From Octopus vulgaris (Eukaryota): a stretch of 64,000 nucleotides of DNA. The stretch lies in contig OX597832.1 of assembly GCA_951406725.2 (NCBI GenBank), positions 57,846,001 to 57,910,000 on the forward strand, written 5' to 3'. Below the pieces are notes generated by a model. The model did no database searches, had not been told where the DNA came from, and saw nothing but the letters and a program-made list of their open reading frames with translations. Positions 39,239 to 52,752 of the stretch are shown here, piece by piece; the first letter of the stretch is position 1; each line of letters starts with the position of its first letter. The position numbers and the translations under genes were made by a program.

Positions 39239-39285
39239 CATACGCACACATATACTCACATATATATATTTGTGTATGTATATGA
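38470..39285. repeat. Long degenerate (CA/TA)n and (CATA)n satellite
   Basis: Read directly; it explains the H/T/Y/I-rich ORFs. Confidence 0.95.
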
Positions 39286-39597
39286 GAATAAAACACGAAA
39301 AGTCTATTATTGATTATATTTGGACGTTTAAAAAAAATCATTACCATTAAGTAAAAAAATATACGAGACAGACTCAACTACACACACACATTGTCAAATA
39401 TACTTACCACAGATACTAAAAACTACCACCATCACCACCACTAACAACAACAACAACAACAAGAACCGTATGGAGGTCAAACGGGCATGTCAACATAGTT
39501 TAAATAATTTCTCGTCCGTGAATTATTGTTCTCTTTATCCCGATTTACCTGAAACGACTTGCTAATGCCTATCAATCAATAAATAAATATAGAAGAC

Positions 39598-39646
<49 letters not shown>

Positions 39647-39650
39647 AATG

Positions 39651-39687
<37 letters not shown>

Positions 39688-42494
39688 TAATAAAGATGAT
39701 GATGATCATCATCATCATATGATTTCAGTCTATTTATATCAACTCCAAAATGTCTGCTCCTTTTCTCTCTTTCCACATATGAACACCAGAATTCTTCAAC
39801 GTGTTTCAAGCCGGTGTGGAATCGAACCCAACAACTGTAGCGGCGGTGATGGCGATAGCAGCGGCGGCAGCAGCGAATTAAAAGGAATCGTGAAAGCGCT
39901 GGTTGGAATTACTTGAGATGGGTAGCTATTTCTTCTGAGATCGAATCTCGTCGAAGTCAGCCCTGCGTTTTTATCGCTTTGCGGAGTGCAGAAATAAAAT
40001 ATATGAGTTAGTTCTAGTTACGGAAAATCGATAAATCATTATTTTTTTTACTTTTACATCGACCCCAGTGCGTAACTGGTACTTAATTTATCGGCCATGC
40101 TGGGGCACTGCCTTGAAGAATTTTTTGTTGAACGAACCGACCCCCAGTACTATATTTTTTTTAAAGACTGGTAATTATTCTATCGGTATCTTTTGCCCGA
40201 ACCGCTAAGTTAAAGGGACGTAAGCACACCAACACCGATTGTCAAAGACGCATACATAGGCGACGGGCTTCTTTCAGTTTCCGTCTACCAAATCCACTTG
40301 CAAGGCTTTGGTCGGTCCAAGGCTATAATAGAAGATACTCTACTATAGGCGGCAAGCTGGCAGAAACGTTAGCACGCCGGGCGTTAGTGGTGGTGATGGT
40401 GGTAGTTTACGTTCTGAGTTCAAATTCCGCCGAGGTCGACTTTGCCTTTCATACTTTCGGGGTCGATTAAATAAGTACCAGTTACGCACTGGGGTCGATG
40501 CAATCGACTTAATCCCTTTGTCTTTCCTTGGTTATCCCCTCTGTGGTTCGCCCCCTGTGGGCAATAAAGAAATAAAAATAAGAAGACGCTTAGCCATGGT
40601 GCCACGCAGGGAGACTGAATCCGGAACAATGTGGCTGAGAAGTAGGCTTCTTACCACGCCGCCACGCCTGCGCCTAAATATAACCATTATTTTAAAGTAC
40701 TTTCGATCTTTACTATATTATACACAAGTAATACTTCTTTCTGATTTTGGCACAAGGCCAGCAATTTGAGAGGAGGGGAAGTTGATTACATCGACCCCCC
40801 TCCTCTTACCAGTATTTGATGTGCTTTATTTTATTGACCTCGGAAAGATGAACGGCGAAGCCAACCCCGGTGGAATTTGAACTCAGAACGTAAAAAAGAT
40901 GGGTATGCTTTCGGTTGCGACGACGAGAGTTCCAGTTGATCCGATTAACGGAAGAGCCTGCTCGTGAAATTAACATGCAAGTGGCTGAGTATTCCACAGA
41001 CATGCATACCCATAACGTAGTTCTCAGGGAGATTAAGTGTTACACAGAATATGACAAGGCTGACCCTTGTGAATTACAGGCACAAGTAATTTTTGCCAGC
41101 TGAGTGGACTGGAGCAACATAAAATAAAATATCTCGCTGGAAACCGAACTCATGACCTCACGATTGTGAGCCGAATGCCTTAACCACTAAGCCATGCGTA
41201 TTCACTCTGAACGTAAAGCCGGAAGAAATGGCGCTGAGTATTTTATCCGTAGTGATGACGATTCTGCCTGCTTATCGTATGTGTTCGGGTAAAAGAAAAG
41301 ACAGAGGCGGCAAAACATGAAATAAAGAAGATATCAATGAAAGCCAAACGATAATATCTCATGAATTATAAAATCGTATATTTTGAAAGGCTGAGGTTTT
41401 GAATTGTCTGTAGCAGACAAAGTGGTGCCTTGGAAAAGAAAAAAAACCCGATTAAAGGTGACAGAAAACTACCTTTATTTTCATTGACAATTCTATAAGT
41501 ACACGGCACTCGTCAAAGGAAGTCACCAGGTTTAGTTCGTCCACTTAATGGTGCAACACAGGAAAGAAGGGAGGGTGGAAACATAAGGTTTCATTTCAAT
41601 AGTGTACTCAAAGACGTTATTGCTGTTGTTTAGCCCACCCCCAGGTCGGACCAGTGACGACCTAGAATGCATATGATATAAACGCTCCACCCATGAGCAT
41701 CCAGATTTATAGTGTATCTCAGACCACAGTATCCAGAGACTACTTATCTCTATTTAAGACGGAAGACTATTGCAGAGTCCTTTCAAATGTGATTTATTTC
41801 GAATCTTATTTGAGAGGGGTGTTTTTGCGGTTCTATTCTTACCTGTTTTGAAATTTGACTAAATTTTACCTCATTTCAAGGCATATGACGATGGAGTGCC
41901 AAATAGAATCCTACGACTACCAAACAAAAAAAAACGAATGAATTTATCTGACAATCCAGCATTAGAATAAATCTGATACCACGTAATCAATATAAAATGT
42001 ATTCTTATGCAAAATCCAGACGATCCATGAACATCGGTACTTATAAGAAGCTTCAAAGATTGAAGCGTCCCCAACTCTTGGAATTCAACGTCATTACTCT
42101 GAAGGCAGCCAGCTTGTAATTAATTTAGTTTCCCCTCATTGCTCCTTCTGATAATTGTCATGTGATTTGAATAAGTACCCACGGTAAATAAATTAGAGGA
42201 TACCGCCTTGTAATTGTGAAACATGAAGAGAGACGAGTCGACAGAGAAATCTGTAGGTGGTGGCTCAGCTTGCAAGAAATAGTAGCCAAATCTTCCTGAA
42301 CTTATATGCTATCGGTATAAATTATTCCCATGACAAAAGGAGGTGAAAAAAGCCCAAATGGTACCTGCAAACAGCTCATATGTAAAAACGGCAAGGTATG
42401 TCTGCTCTAGAGCGATCGATTTGCAGAATCCTTAAAGTGTCAAACCGAAACGCCTTGTATTTAATTATAATCGCTGACGGTCTGAGTTCAAATC

Positions 42495-43090
42495 CTGCCG
42501 AGCTTAATGAGTATGCATTTGGTGAAAATTTCACATCTGAAACTGAAACAATCAATTTGAAATCTTAAATGTATTTGAAATGAAAATATATTTTCCATAA
42601 TACATGGGTAACATATCTTTGAACTATTGATGCTTGAATTATTCTGGTCTACATATTCCTCTAAGTTCTTAAAACGGTTACATCCACTGTCTTCCAACTT
42701 CCATATATAACCTGAACGGGTTTTAATGTCCATGCATCTTTTCGTTCCAGAAAGAAGAAATGAGATTGTAGTAGCGAATTTTGAAACTTCTCTCGGTTAT
42801 TCTTATGTAGTGTTTGTAGTTTTGTTCGTCATTACTATTATTGAGTTTACTTTAACTATCGTAGTTATATTCGAGGAAGAACATAATTTTTTGCCTTTGC
42901 ATATACATCTTGTATCAGTTTCTTTAGCTCGTTTCGATGAGCTATTTCTAATTTTGATTGTGCAACTGTGGCTCACCTTGATTGTCTTAGGGTCGAAAAT
43001 ATTTCCATTACCTGTTGTTTAATGGGAAGCTAAAACCTTTTTACTTTCTTGATATTTATAAATAAGGAGGCATAAATAATATCCTCATAG
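42495..43090 (-). pseudogene. Penelope-like retroelement relic: RT-EN linker and C-terminal GIY-YIG endonuclease
   Basis: Minus-strand manual translation: FPLNNR / NIFDPKTIKVSHSCT / CICKGKKLC (CxCx5C) / HYIRITERSFKIRYYNLISSFWNEK / SGYIWKLED / SKICYPCIMENIF / RCEIFTKC. These parallel the PLE motifs KIFN..TVKVSYSC, YIG.TE..FK.RY.NH..SF, LSKYIW.LK and C.LCL.EK in order. Confidence 0.8.
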
Positions 43091-43518
43091 ATATCTCGAC
43101 AAAAATGTGAAGTCGTGGCCTGAATGCTTTTCATCATAGAACTGCTGCTTAACTAGGACTTGAATAAGGTTAAACAACAGCAGTCATAGTAATTCTACAA
43201 TTGACTAAAGAACAGGTTCGACTGCCGTTGTTAGCGTGTGTTGCCATAAGAAATATATTCCCTTTGGCAGAGAAATTTTGAGAAAATTCAGAAAATTCTG
43301 AAATCTCTTTGAGACACTTAAAACTAAAGCATCAAAATAAAACCGAAATCAGGCTGCTTAAGATAAGAAGTTCAGACAGAAACCAGAGCCGTTTGCCTTT
43401 GCATTTCTAAGTAGATTTAATCCCAACACTTACCTCGATGGAAACATTAAAAAGCGATGTACCCTCGTTTACTTTTACACGTTTCTGAGAAAAATCCACA
43501 AAAAAGTTGGAATACATA

Positions 43519-43748
43519 AATACATAATATGCACCTATGTAAACACACACACACACACATTAATATTTACCTACACATGTATACATACATACATACACAC
43601 ATACATACACGTGTTTAATACCTAATACATAATATGCACCTATGTATACACACACACACATTAATATTTACCTACACATATGTATACATACATACATACA
43701 TACATACATAATATATATATGTGTTTAATACCTAATACATAATATGCA
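43519..43748. repeat. ~105-bp tandem duplication built around microsatellites
   Basis: AATACATAATATGCA recurs three times and ATTAATATTTACCTACACAT twice. Confidence 0.85.
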
Positions 43749-44143
43749 TGTGTGTATACATATACACACACGCACATATATATATACACATTTATATTTA
43801 CTTACACACGCATAATATATACAGGTAAGGTAACTATAGAAAAATACGAGTGCGTGTATGATTGTGTGTATGTATATATATATACAAACATACATACATA
43901 CATACACACACACATACATACACCCCCCACACATACATACATACATACATACATATTTATGTTTGCGCACGCGTGTGTGTGTTTGCATATAAAGAATTAG
44001 AACTGGTAGATAATGTATGCGATTTATTTGGTGGAGTAAGTTGGAATGTGATGTGTCGCTCTAAGTAAATGGAAAAAGAAACAGAGAGAAAAGGAGAAGA
44101 AGCGGCACAAAAAATTCCACCTCCCACCAAAAGAAACCTACCG

Positions 44144-44179
<36 letters not shown>

Positions 44180-44970
44180 GCTTCCCCCTTTCTCCTCATC
44201 CCCTCCCTCCCGTGTCGTATTTGTACCTGTATAGTATGTCATTGTGTCTTTTTCCATTTAAACTGAATAAACTTTCAATATTTCTATGCAAGTTTAGTGA
44301 AAGTTTATAGCTTTTAGACGGTGACATTCCAAACTTGAAAATTTTCTGTTATTGTCGGAGGGTTAAGGGGGAAAAAAAAAAGTCCCCCAACAAAAATCAT
44401 AGCAAAAAAAAAATAACAACACAAATGAAAAACAAGAAGTCCCCAACAAGAAACGGGTGGGAGCGAAGGATAAAATGAAGGATAAAGAGAAAAAGAATGG
44501 ATGAGAATTTAAGAGAAGACATATGCGTAGAGTGAGTGCAAAAGCTCTCCCGCAACGATATTAATAAATATGATTATTTATTTATTAATTTATTTATTTT
44601 GTTTAATATAAAATATTTTCTTTTAAAATCTGGCGTAGTTTTAACGAAATAATTCTAAAGATGTGATGAAAAAAAATCTTCAACAAGATTTCATTGTAAG
44701 TTGCGTCAGATTTTGTTAAAGACTGCGTAAGTTTATATACATTTATATGATGATAATGTAGAATTTTCACCCACACACATATACACACACACATATATGC
44801 ATACAAATGCACACAAACATATATATGTGTATATATATATTTAAGTGCGTGTTACACACATGCGCTCATGTGTTATACTTTAACAAATATAATATTGGCA
44901 GTAACTTCGACGTTTCGGTTAGCTAAGCCATCAACCTTCCTGGGACGGTTTCGTCTACATTATTCCACAC

Positions 44971-45688
44971 ACTTTGCCTTTAATCTCCTTCGTGGTAGAT
45001 AAATCAAGTACCAGCCGAGCAGTGGGGTCAAAGTAGCCGACCCACCTCCATTCTGATGGGCTTTTGATAAAATTTGAAACCAGTATTAATAAAATGAACA
45101 ACAGTACACTGGGTAAAATGCTTTGCGGCTTTTCGCCCGTCTTTACGTTCTGAGTTCAAATTCTGCAGAGGTCGACTTTGTCTTTCATCCTTTCGGTGTC
45201 GATAAAATAAGTACCAGATGAGCCCCGGGGTGAGCCAGATGTGATACAGCACCGTTTCGTTGAAACCAAAAGTTTTCGTCCTTCTAAATCTAATTTAGTT
45301 TGAATACATAAATAAATAATATGTTTAATTTAGAATAATCGTTTCTATTTTATGCACAATGCCTGAAAATTTTGAATATGAGGTTGGTTGATTATATCGA
45401 CTCCGGTGATAATCCGGTACTTATTTTATCGACCCAGAAAGAATGAAAAATAAAGTCGACCTCAGTAGAATTTGAACTCAGAATGTAAAGACGGACGAAA
45501 AGCCGCTAAGCATTTTACCCAGCGTGCTAACGACTAGCATCTCGCCGCTTTGTTCATATTATTAATACTGGTTTCAAATTTTGACAAAAGCCCACCAGAA
45601 TGGAGGCGAGTCGGCTACTTTGACCCCACTGCTCGGCTGGTACTTGATTTATTGATTTATCTATCACGAAGGAGATTAAAGGCAAAGT
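44971..45688. repeat. Local inverted duplication of a SINE B dimer: arms ~44971-45230 and ~45400-45688
   Basis: Both arms share private variants (CCAGCCGAGCAGTGGGGTCAAAGTAGCCGAC) and the non-SINE linker ATTAATAAAATGAACA. Confidence 0.8.
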
Positions 45689-45814
45689 CGACCTTGGTGG
45701 CATTTGAACTGAGAACAAAAACGCACGAAATGTCGCTAAGCATTTTGTCCTAAGCGTTTTGGTGAGATAACGATGGCCTGCTCACCACCTTTGTCTAATT
45801 TAGAATAACAAAGT

Positions 45815-46160
45815 AATTCTATGGCATACAGATCGTAGCTCGAACGATTCTATGTGACCTACAGAAACATTTTCTGATATCTCGGCCCGCAAGGGTATAT
45901 ATTTCTCACTCGAACATTCAATGATGAATCTTAAAGGATGTTGGGTTACAGTCTCGACATGCGTTATGCTCTTCACTCTCCAGTCTGCAGGAGTACGGAG
46001 GCTACTCGATTAGAGTGCCACAATTGCAACGCTACACACCTCGCTTCGTCGAGTCCCATTATTTCTGACGGCGCTCGCATATGAATAAAAAGTAACTCAA
46101 AACATTTTCAATGGCAAATCTACATCGTTCGACCGGCATAAATCCAGCGATCATTTCGTT
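45815..46160 (-). pseudogene. Possible highly decayed Tc1/mariner-superfamily transposase catalytic-domain fragment
   Basis: Minus strand LIE*PPYS (cf. EWPPYSPDL), preceded by a WFM-like segment and followed by ESFELRSVC; weak. Confidence 0.4.
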
Positions 46161-46166
46161 TTGGTA

Positions 46167-46560
46167 TGTGGCTGTGTGGTAAGTAGCTTGTTTACCAGCC
46201 ACATGGTTCTGGGTTCAGTCCCACTGCGTGGCACCTTGGGCAAGTATCTTCTACTATAGCCTCGGGCCGACCAAAGCCTTGTGAGTGGCTTTGGTAGACG
46301 GAAACTGAAAAGAAGCCCGTCATATATATGTATATATATATGTGCATGTGTGTGTTTGTCCCCCTAGCATTACTTGACAACCGGTGCTGGTGTGTTTATG
46401 TCCCCGTTACTTAGCGGTTCGGCAAAAGAGACCGATAGAGTAAGTACTGGGCTTACAAAAGAATAAGTCCCGGGGTCGAGTTGCTCGATTAAAGGCGGTG
46501 CTCCAGCATGGCCGCAGTCAAATGACTGAAACAAGTAAAAGAGTAAAAGAGTAAAAGAGT
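46167..46560 (+). mobile_element. SINE family A, young copy with (GTAAAAGA)n tail
   Basis: Matches 12398-12801; the tail unit is repeated three times. Confidence 0.9.
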
Positions 46561-47672
46561 AATATACACCTTTTGGATTACATCCCTCAGTACATTTAAC
46601 CATTTTCAAGAAGGCAGAGTATTAAACAATGCAGATTTTGCTGCAGATTTTGTCAACCCGTGTAACCACATGACGCGTTCTTCGTTAGCTCGTCAATGGT
46701 TTATGGGAATTTCACACATGTTCACACATACGCATAAGGAGGAGTCTTAATCGAGTTTCAATTTGGTCCTCGCAGTTAAAGTGATTCTAAATAATAATTG
46801 CAACTCATGAATATTGAAAGCGGTTCGTTGGAAGACGGGTCACGTTTGTAACAGAAGAGGAAACACACAGGGGTTTGGTCTGGCTTGTTTATATATGGGG
46901 TGTAAAAGGCTGTGGGGCGAGTCAGATTACAGTATAAGTGTGATTAATAAGCAGGACTCCATTGAAAGAGAGAGAGAGCGGGTCGTCACAAGCACGTCGA
47001 TTCTGTCTTTAGAAGTGATTTAAATAAAACCCCCGCTTTCTAATTACGCGTGCGCGCACACATACACACACGGGTATACACGCACAGACACACATACACA
47101 CACGTATACATACGCGTGCTGTAATTATGTTGGATCCTCCATCGGTTTCGACGATGAGTATTCAGTTGCTCGGTCAACAGAACTACCCACACGTTAGATT
47201 AATGTATACATGACTGAGTATTCCGCACACGTGTGCATCCTTAATGACATGTAATTTTCAGGCAGAATCAGCTGAAACAATACGTAGCAAAAATATCGAA
47301 AAATGAATATTTATTTTTAAAATCTAATTTTATGGTTCGTGACAAACTGAAGTATATTTCAATCTACTGATCTCATTTGATGAAGACATTAGCCGATCGA
47401 AACATGTGGCCGATTGTCACGAATCTAAAGAATTATTTTGTTTATGCATAAAAACAAAAAACAAACAAACATATACCATACATGCATTATTCTTTTATCT
47501 GTTTCAGTCATGTTGACTACGACCATGCTGTAGCACCGCCTTTAGTCGAACACATCGGCCCCAGGATTTATTCTATCGGTCTCTTAGCCGAACTGCTAAG
47601 TTTCGGGGACATAGACACACCAACATCGGTTGTCAAGCGAAGGTGGGGTGGGGGACAAACATACACACACAA

Positions 47673-47725
<53 letters not shown>

Positions 47726-48653
47726 TACATATATAACGGACTTCTTTCAGTTTCCGTCTAGCAAATCCACTCACAAGGCTTTGGTCGGCTCGAGGCTACA
47801 GTAGAAGACACTTGCCCAAGGTGCAACGCAGTGGGACTGAACTCGGAACTATGTGGTTGGGAAGCAAGCTACTTACCACACAGCCACTCCTGCGCCTAAT
47901 GTTTCTAGCATTGCGTAGATGTTCTAACAGCCTCTGTCATATTTAGTGACAATTATAGTTTTCATTCTTGGTGATACATTGTAAAGGAGCACTCCGTCGG
48001 TTGCGACGACGAGGGTCCCAGCTGATACGATCAACCGAACTGCTTGCTCGTGAAATTAACGTGCAAAGTGGCTGAGCACTCCACAAACACGTGTACTCAT
48101 AACGAAGTTCTCGGGGAGATTCAGCATGACACAGAGTGTGACAAGGCTGGCCCTTTGAAATACAGGCACTATTCAATTTTGCCAGCTGAATAGACTGGAG
48201 CAACGTTAAAATAAAGTGTCTTGCTCAAGGATACAACGCGCCGCCGGGAATTGAACCCACAACCTTACGATCATGAGCCGAATGCCCATAACCACTAAGC
48301 CACACGCCTTCACAATACATTGTAAACTGCTGCCAAATTTAATTACACACTTATGTGTGTGTGTGTGTCGTTGAGCTTTTATGGCTTTGAGTTAGTTTAA
48401 CTCTTATCTTTAGCAAAAGTAGTACTAGGTAGAACACTTTGTCACTTTTGTGACCCCTATAAATTATGCCTTTAGGCTCTGATTAATAATAAGCCACACT
48501 TTTTAAATTTGTTATATATATATATATATGTTGATAAAAGGAATTCCAACCTTGTCTGATTTTCACGTTTTATTTACAATCTTATAATGATATAATATAA
48601 TATAATATAATGAAATAAAATGAAATAATAGAATGTTAAATGTTCATTCTGAT

Positions 48654-48698
48654 TGAACTAGTACTTTCATGCATTAAATTCTGCAATCTTCAGGTTCA
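48654..48698 (-). ncRNA. Minimal type I hammerhead ribozyme (mirror copy)
   Basis: Exact reverse complement of 48776-48820. Confidence 0.85.
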
Positions 48699-48775
48699 TG
48701 TAGTAGTGGTGACAGTCATGCTTCACAATTTTTGACAGTCAAAAATTGTGAAGCATGACTGTCACCACTACTACA

Positions 48776-48820
48776 TGAACCTGAAGATTGCAGAATTTAA
48801 TGCATGAAAGTACTAGTTCA
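48776..48820 (+). ncRNA. Minimal type I hammerhead ribozyme
   Basis: UGAAC CUGAAGA U UGCA-GAAUUUAA-UGCA U GAAA GUAC UA GUUCA: 5-bp helix I, intact CUGANGA and GAAA, palindromic AGUACU helix III, predicted cleavage after A48815. Confidence 0.85.
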
Positions 48821-49029
48821 ATCAGAATGAACATTTAACATTCTATTATTTTATTTTATTATATTATATTATATTATATTATATCATTATAAGATTGTAA
48901 ATAAAACGTGAAAATCAGACAAGGTTGGAATTCCTTTTATTAATATATTCTTCTATACACAATCACACACACCCGTATATATATATATATATATATTTAA
49001 GGGCTGGTAACGATTAACTCCATGATCTC

Positions 49030-49540
49030 TGCGAGACTCCCTATCGATTAACGTTACTTCAGAGATCCTTCGAAGGAACCTTATTATGACCGCTTGCATC
49101 TGCGATGGTACTCTTTCGGTCATTATCCAACATTCACACCCATAAGTGTGAAAAGGCATGAGAACCAAATTGCTGAAGATAGCAAGGTAGTATCTTTTGG
49201 AACCTCTTCCTTTCTGGGAGTCGAAAGCTGGACTTGAAGCATCACTGTGCCAGTGGCTACAATTCCTGCTCCAAATTCAGCCGCCAGCTTCCCTTAACTC
49301 ATGGATACGTCCTCGAGATACTTAATCTTGACCACTGATAATTAATTCAATTATCTAAATTTACAGAGCTATCCAACCCGTTTAATAAATTTAATCTACA
49401 CTAAATTTCATCACCTGACTTTTCCTGCATCAACAAAGCAAGAACATTTTCGTAAGGTGAAATTAGAATGGTTTCCTTTAGCGTTCGTAAGGTCGTTGGC
49501 AGGACCGAAAAGGTAATGGTGAAACTAATTAAACACTTTG
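49030..49540 (-). pseudogene. RTE-clade LINE RT C-terminal fragment, decayed
   Basis: KIKYLE...GKL; HTYGCECWIMTERVPSQMQAVIIRFLRRISEVTLIDR (cf. LTYG.E.W.MT...QA.EM.FLRRI.GVTL.DR). Confidence 0.75.
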
Positions 49541-49852
49541 ATAATGCTTATTTACACCAAAGCCAATTGGGTCTTTTGTAATTATGCGTCTCACTCTAAC
49601 GCAGTTTGGAATATCTTATTAAGGATATCGTTCGAATATCGAAAAATTTCCGGAACATCCAGCTGGAAGTACACTTTTACAGCCTAGATTCAAAAGTCTA
49701 GGCAATTTTTATAGATTTGAAGACCCTGTTACTATTACTGTTTTTTTTTTTATTCCTTGTTCATTTCTGTGAAGTTCCATTAATTGAAACGAGTGACTGA
49801 TCGCGAGCTCCAAAATATTAAAAAAATTCTCTCTGTTTATTTCGTCGTGTTT

Positions 49853-49888
49853 CTGTCTGTTGAAGAGCGTAAGCTCGAAACGTAAAAG
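49853..49888 (+). ncRNA. Minimal hammerhead-like motif with variant core CUGUUGA(A), in a PLE-like repeat (~49820-49980)
   Basis: CUGU CUGUUGA A GAGC-GUAA-GCUC GAAAC GUA AAAG; same family as 22039-22074. Confidence 0.6.
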
Positions 49889-50088
49889 ACTTTCTCACCT
49901 TCCCGAGCGTTAAAGTAATACACCTGTTTGTTGTTTATACACCTATCTTCGTCTTTTTTCTTCTCTAAATTTCAACTATATACATACATATATATATATA
50001 TATGTAGCTGAAATTTACAGAAAAAAAGACGAAGGAAGGTGAGTGTGTGATCGATATATATAAGTGAACAAAGTGTACGTACGCCGCT

Positions 50089-50131
<43 letters not shown>

Positions 50132-50191
50132 ATACAAAATGGGACAAGAACGCAAAACATCCAGATAGACAATACAAAAGACAATATAAAC

Positions 50192-50233
<42 letters not shown>

Positions 50234-51282
50234 GTATATATGTATATATATTTATGTGTATGTGTCTTTGTCTCTGTTTTTCCCCACCCCATCGCTTGAC
50301 AACCGATGTTGGTGAATTTATGCCCTCGAAACTTAGTAGTTCGGCAAATGAGACCGATAGAACAAGTACTAGGCTCACAAAGAATAAGTTCTGGTGTCGA
50401 TTTCTTCGACTAAAAGTGGTGCTCCAGCATGGCCGCAGTCAAAGTGACTGAAACGTGTAATAAAAAAGTAATATACACACTCGTGTACCATACAATGCTC
50501 CTGCTGTTTACGAAAATGCGCTGTACCTTATCATTGTACTTATATATTTACATCTATATTGACTGAATCATCAAGATTTCAGAATCTTTGTTATTTCTGT
50601 GGTCGACAAGATAGGAAATGTTTATCCTTGGGGCGACAGACGTTCACACCTATCTAACTCGGTTAGATGAAAATTTTGCTGATTGAATTAGTCTAGTTTT
50701 TAACTACTTCGAAGCACTATCTGTATAAAAATAGGAAATTTGCCCCTCACCTCGGCAAATTTTCATTTACACCGTCTAAACATTACAATTTTCTGAAATC
50801 ATCTCTTTTGATATGGAGATAACCAATACCATTCCATGAGTACACGTTCTAACTACAGACGAAAACGAAAACAATCTTAGCCTCAGACCCAAATTGTTAC
50901 TTCTGCTGATTAATATAGCATCTGATTATCTATCTATCAATCTACAACGTTATCTATCTTTTTTTCTTTCAAAAAGGAAAGCTCTGCATTGTATTTTGTC
51001 CCCTCTTTGTTCGGCCTTGTGTGGCTAATAAAGAAGCTTATGTATCTATCCATCTATCTATCCTATCTATCTATCTATCTATCTATCTACCTACCTACCT
51101 ACCTACCTATCGATCTATCCGTCTACCTGCCGGTCTGTCTCTCTCACTCTGTCTGTCTGTCTGTCTCTATTTGGTCAGCTCGGTAACTATATTTTTCTAA
51201 AAAACAATGTGTTGAGTTCAATCAACAGCGCTTTGTTTCGTCCGAGAACATGTCATGGAATAAACAATAAGGCAGAGTGCCT

Positions 51283-51313
<31 letters not shown>

Positions 51314-51466
51314 GTATACACGGGTGTGTATGATTGTGTATTGAAGAATATATTACTCAAAGAAATTCCAACTTTGATTTTCACGTTTTATTTACAATCT
51401 TATAATAATATAATACAAGATAATGCAATATAATGAAATGATAGAATATTAAATGTCCATTTTGAA

Positions 51467-51511
51467 TAAACTAGTACTTTCATGCATTAAGCTATGCAAT
51501 CTTCAGGTTCA
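51467..51511 (-). ncRNA. Minimal type I hammerhead ribozyme, third copy of the 48.7-kb family
   Basis: UGAAC CUGAAGA U UGCAU-AGCUUA-AUGCA U GAAAGUACUA GUUUA; differences are confined to loop II and one G-U pair in helix I. Confidence 0.8.
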
Positions 51512-51582
51512 CAAACGAAAGGACTATTAATAGTTTCATGCTATTTCGATGCGTGAACAGGAATATTAAATATATACATGGA

Positions 51583-51628
<46 letters not shown>

Positions 51629-51766
51629 TAGATCGACAGAAACATAAGAGCATGGGAATAGAGGAGGCGATGGTGGTGTAAGTGAAAAAAGATAGTTTGA
51701 TAGTTAATTAAAGATAGCTAATTAACGGTCTATCTATCTGCTCGTCCGTCCGTCATCCATCCGCCC

Positions 51767-51833
<67 letters not shown>

Positions 51834-52018
51834 AAATCTATCAATCCTTAATTCATTCTTTTTATATTTTTGTTATTTTTCAATATATTTTATGTTTGAA
51901 AAAAGGAAGAAATTTCTTATTTTGTAGAATTTCCCTCCAAATGCTGAAGTTTGGGGAAGACAGACACGATTGATCGGAGATGAACAGCAGATATAGATAC
52001 AAAATACACATTCATGCA

Positions 52019-52065
<47 letters not shown>

Positions 52066-52312
52066 TACATATATGCGTACTTACAATTAATCATGTATAT
52101 ATATACATACAAATAGACATGTTATATATGTAAATACATTCATAAAATATAGGTGTGTAAAATGTATACAAAATTTTACACTCATACACTTCCAAAATTA
52201 AACAAATTAATTGGTGTGTGTGTATATACATACAGACATATGCGCACACATGCATATAAGGATATATATGTATATGTATAATACATATGATTTATAAATA
52301 TGCATGCATATA

Positions 52313-52346
<34 letters not shown>

Positions 52347-52562
52347 CACATATATACATGTAATTGTATGCATGTATGTACTGAAGGTGTGCGTGTGTGT
52401 GTGTGAAAAAGGGCGGCAATGATAATGTAAACAACGTTGCAAAAATTAAAGATTAAATAAATAAATAACTCGAACTGTGACACCTAGCAAAAACCTTACT
52501 TCACATCTTGCTTGCGTTTTACTTCGCTAGTTACGTCCCTTCATTTTTTAATACACACACAT

Positions 52563-52618
<56 letters not shown>

Positions 52619-52717
52619 GCATAGATAGATATATAAACACATAGACAGACAGACAGATCACACCCCACTTCATTGCACCTCGTAACACCAAACTCTCAGC
52701 AATATTCTAGCACTTTC

Positions 52718-52752
<35 letters not shown>

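Larger units (their letters stand above)
48534..48975. mobile_element. Fold-back PLE-like element: 407-bp palindrome (48534-48940) plus 35-nt tail, within (TA)n
   Basis: Arms mirror about base 48737 (TTTTTGAC-A-GTCAAAAA); a third, non-palindromic copy lies at ~51315-51511. Confidence 0.9.

Noticed and set aside
38435-39313. Long ORFs rich in H/T/Y/I or C/V/Y (also at 2905-3178, 30971-31513, 55024-56153, 62082-62720)
   Set aside because: They are translations of (CA/TA)n and triplet satellites that lack stops by composition.
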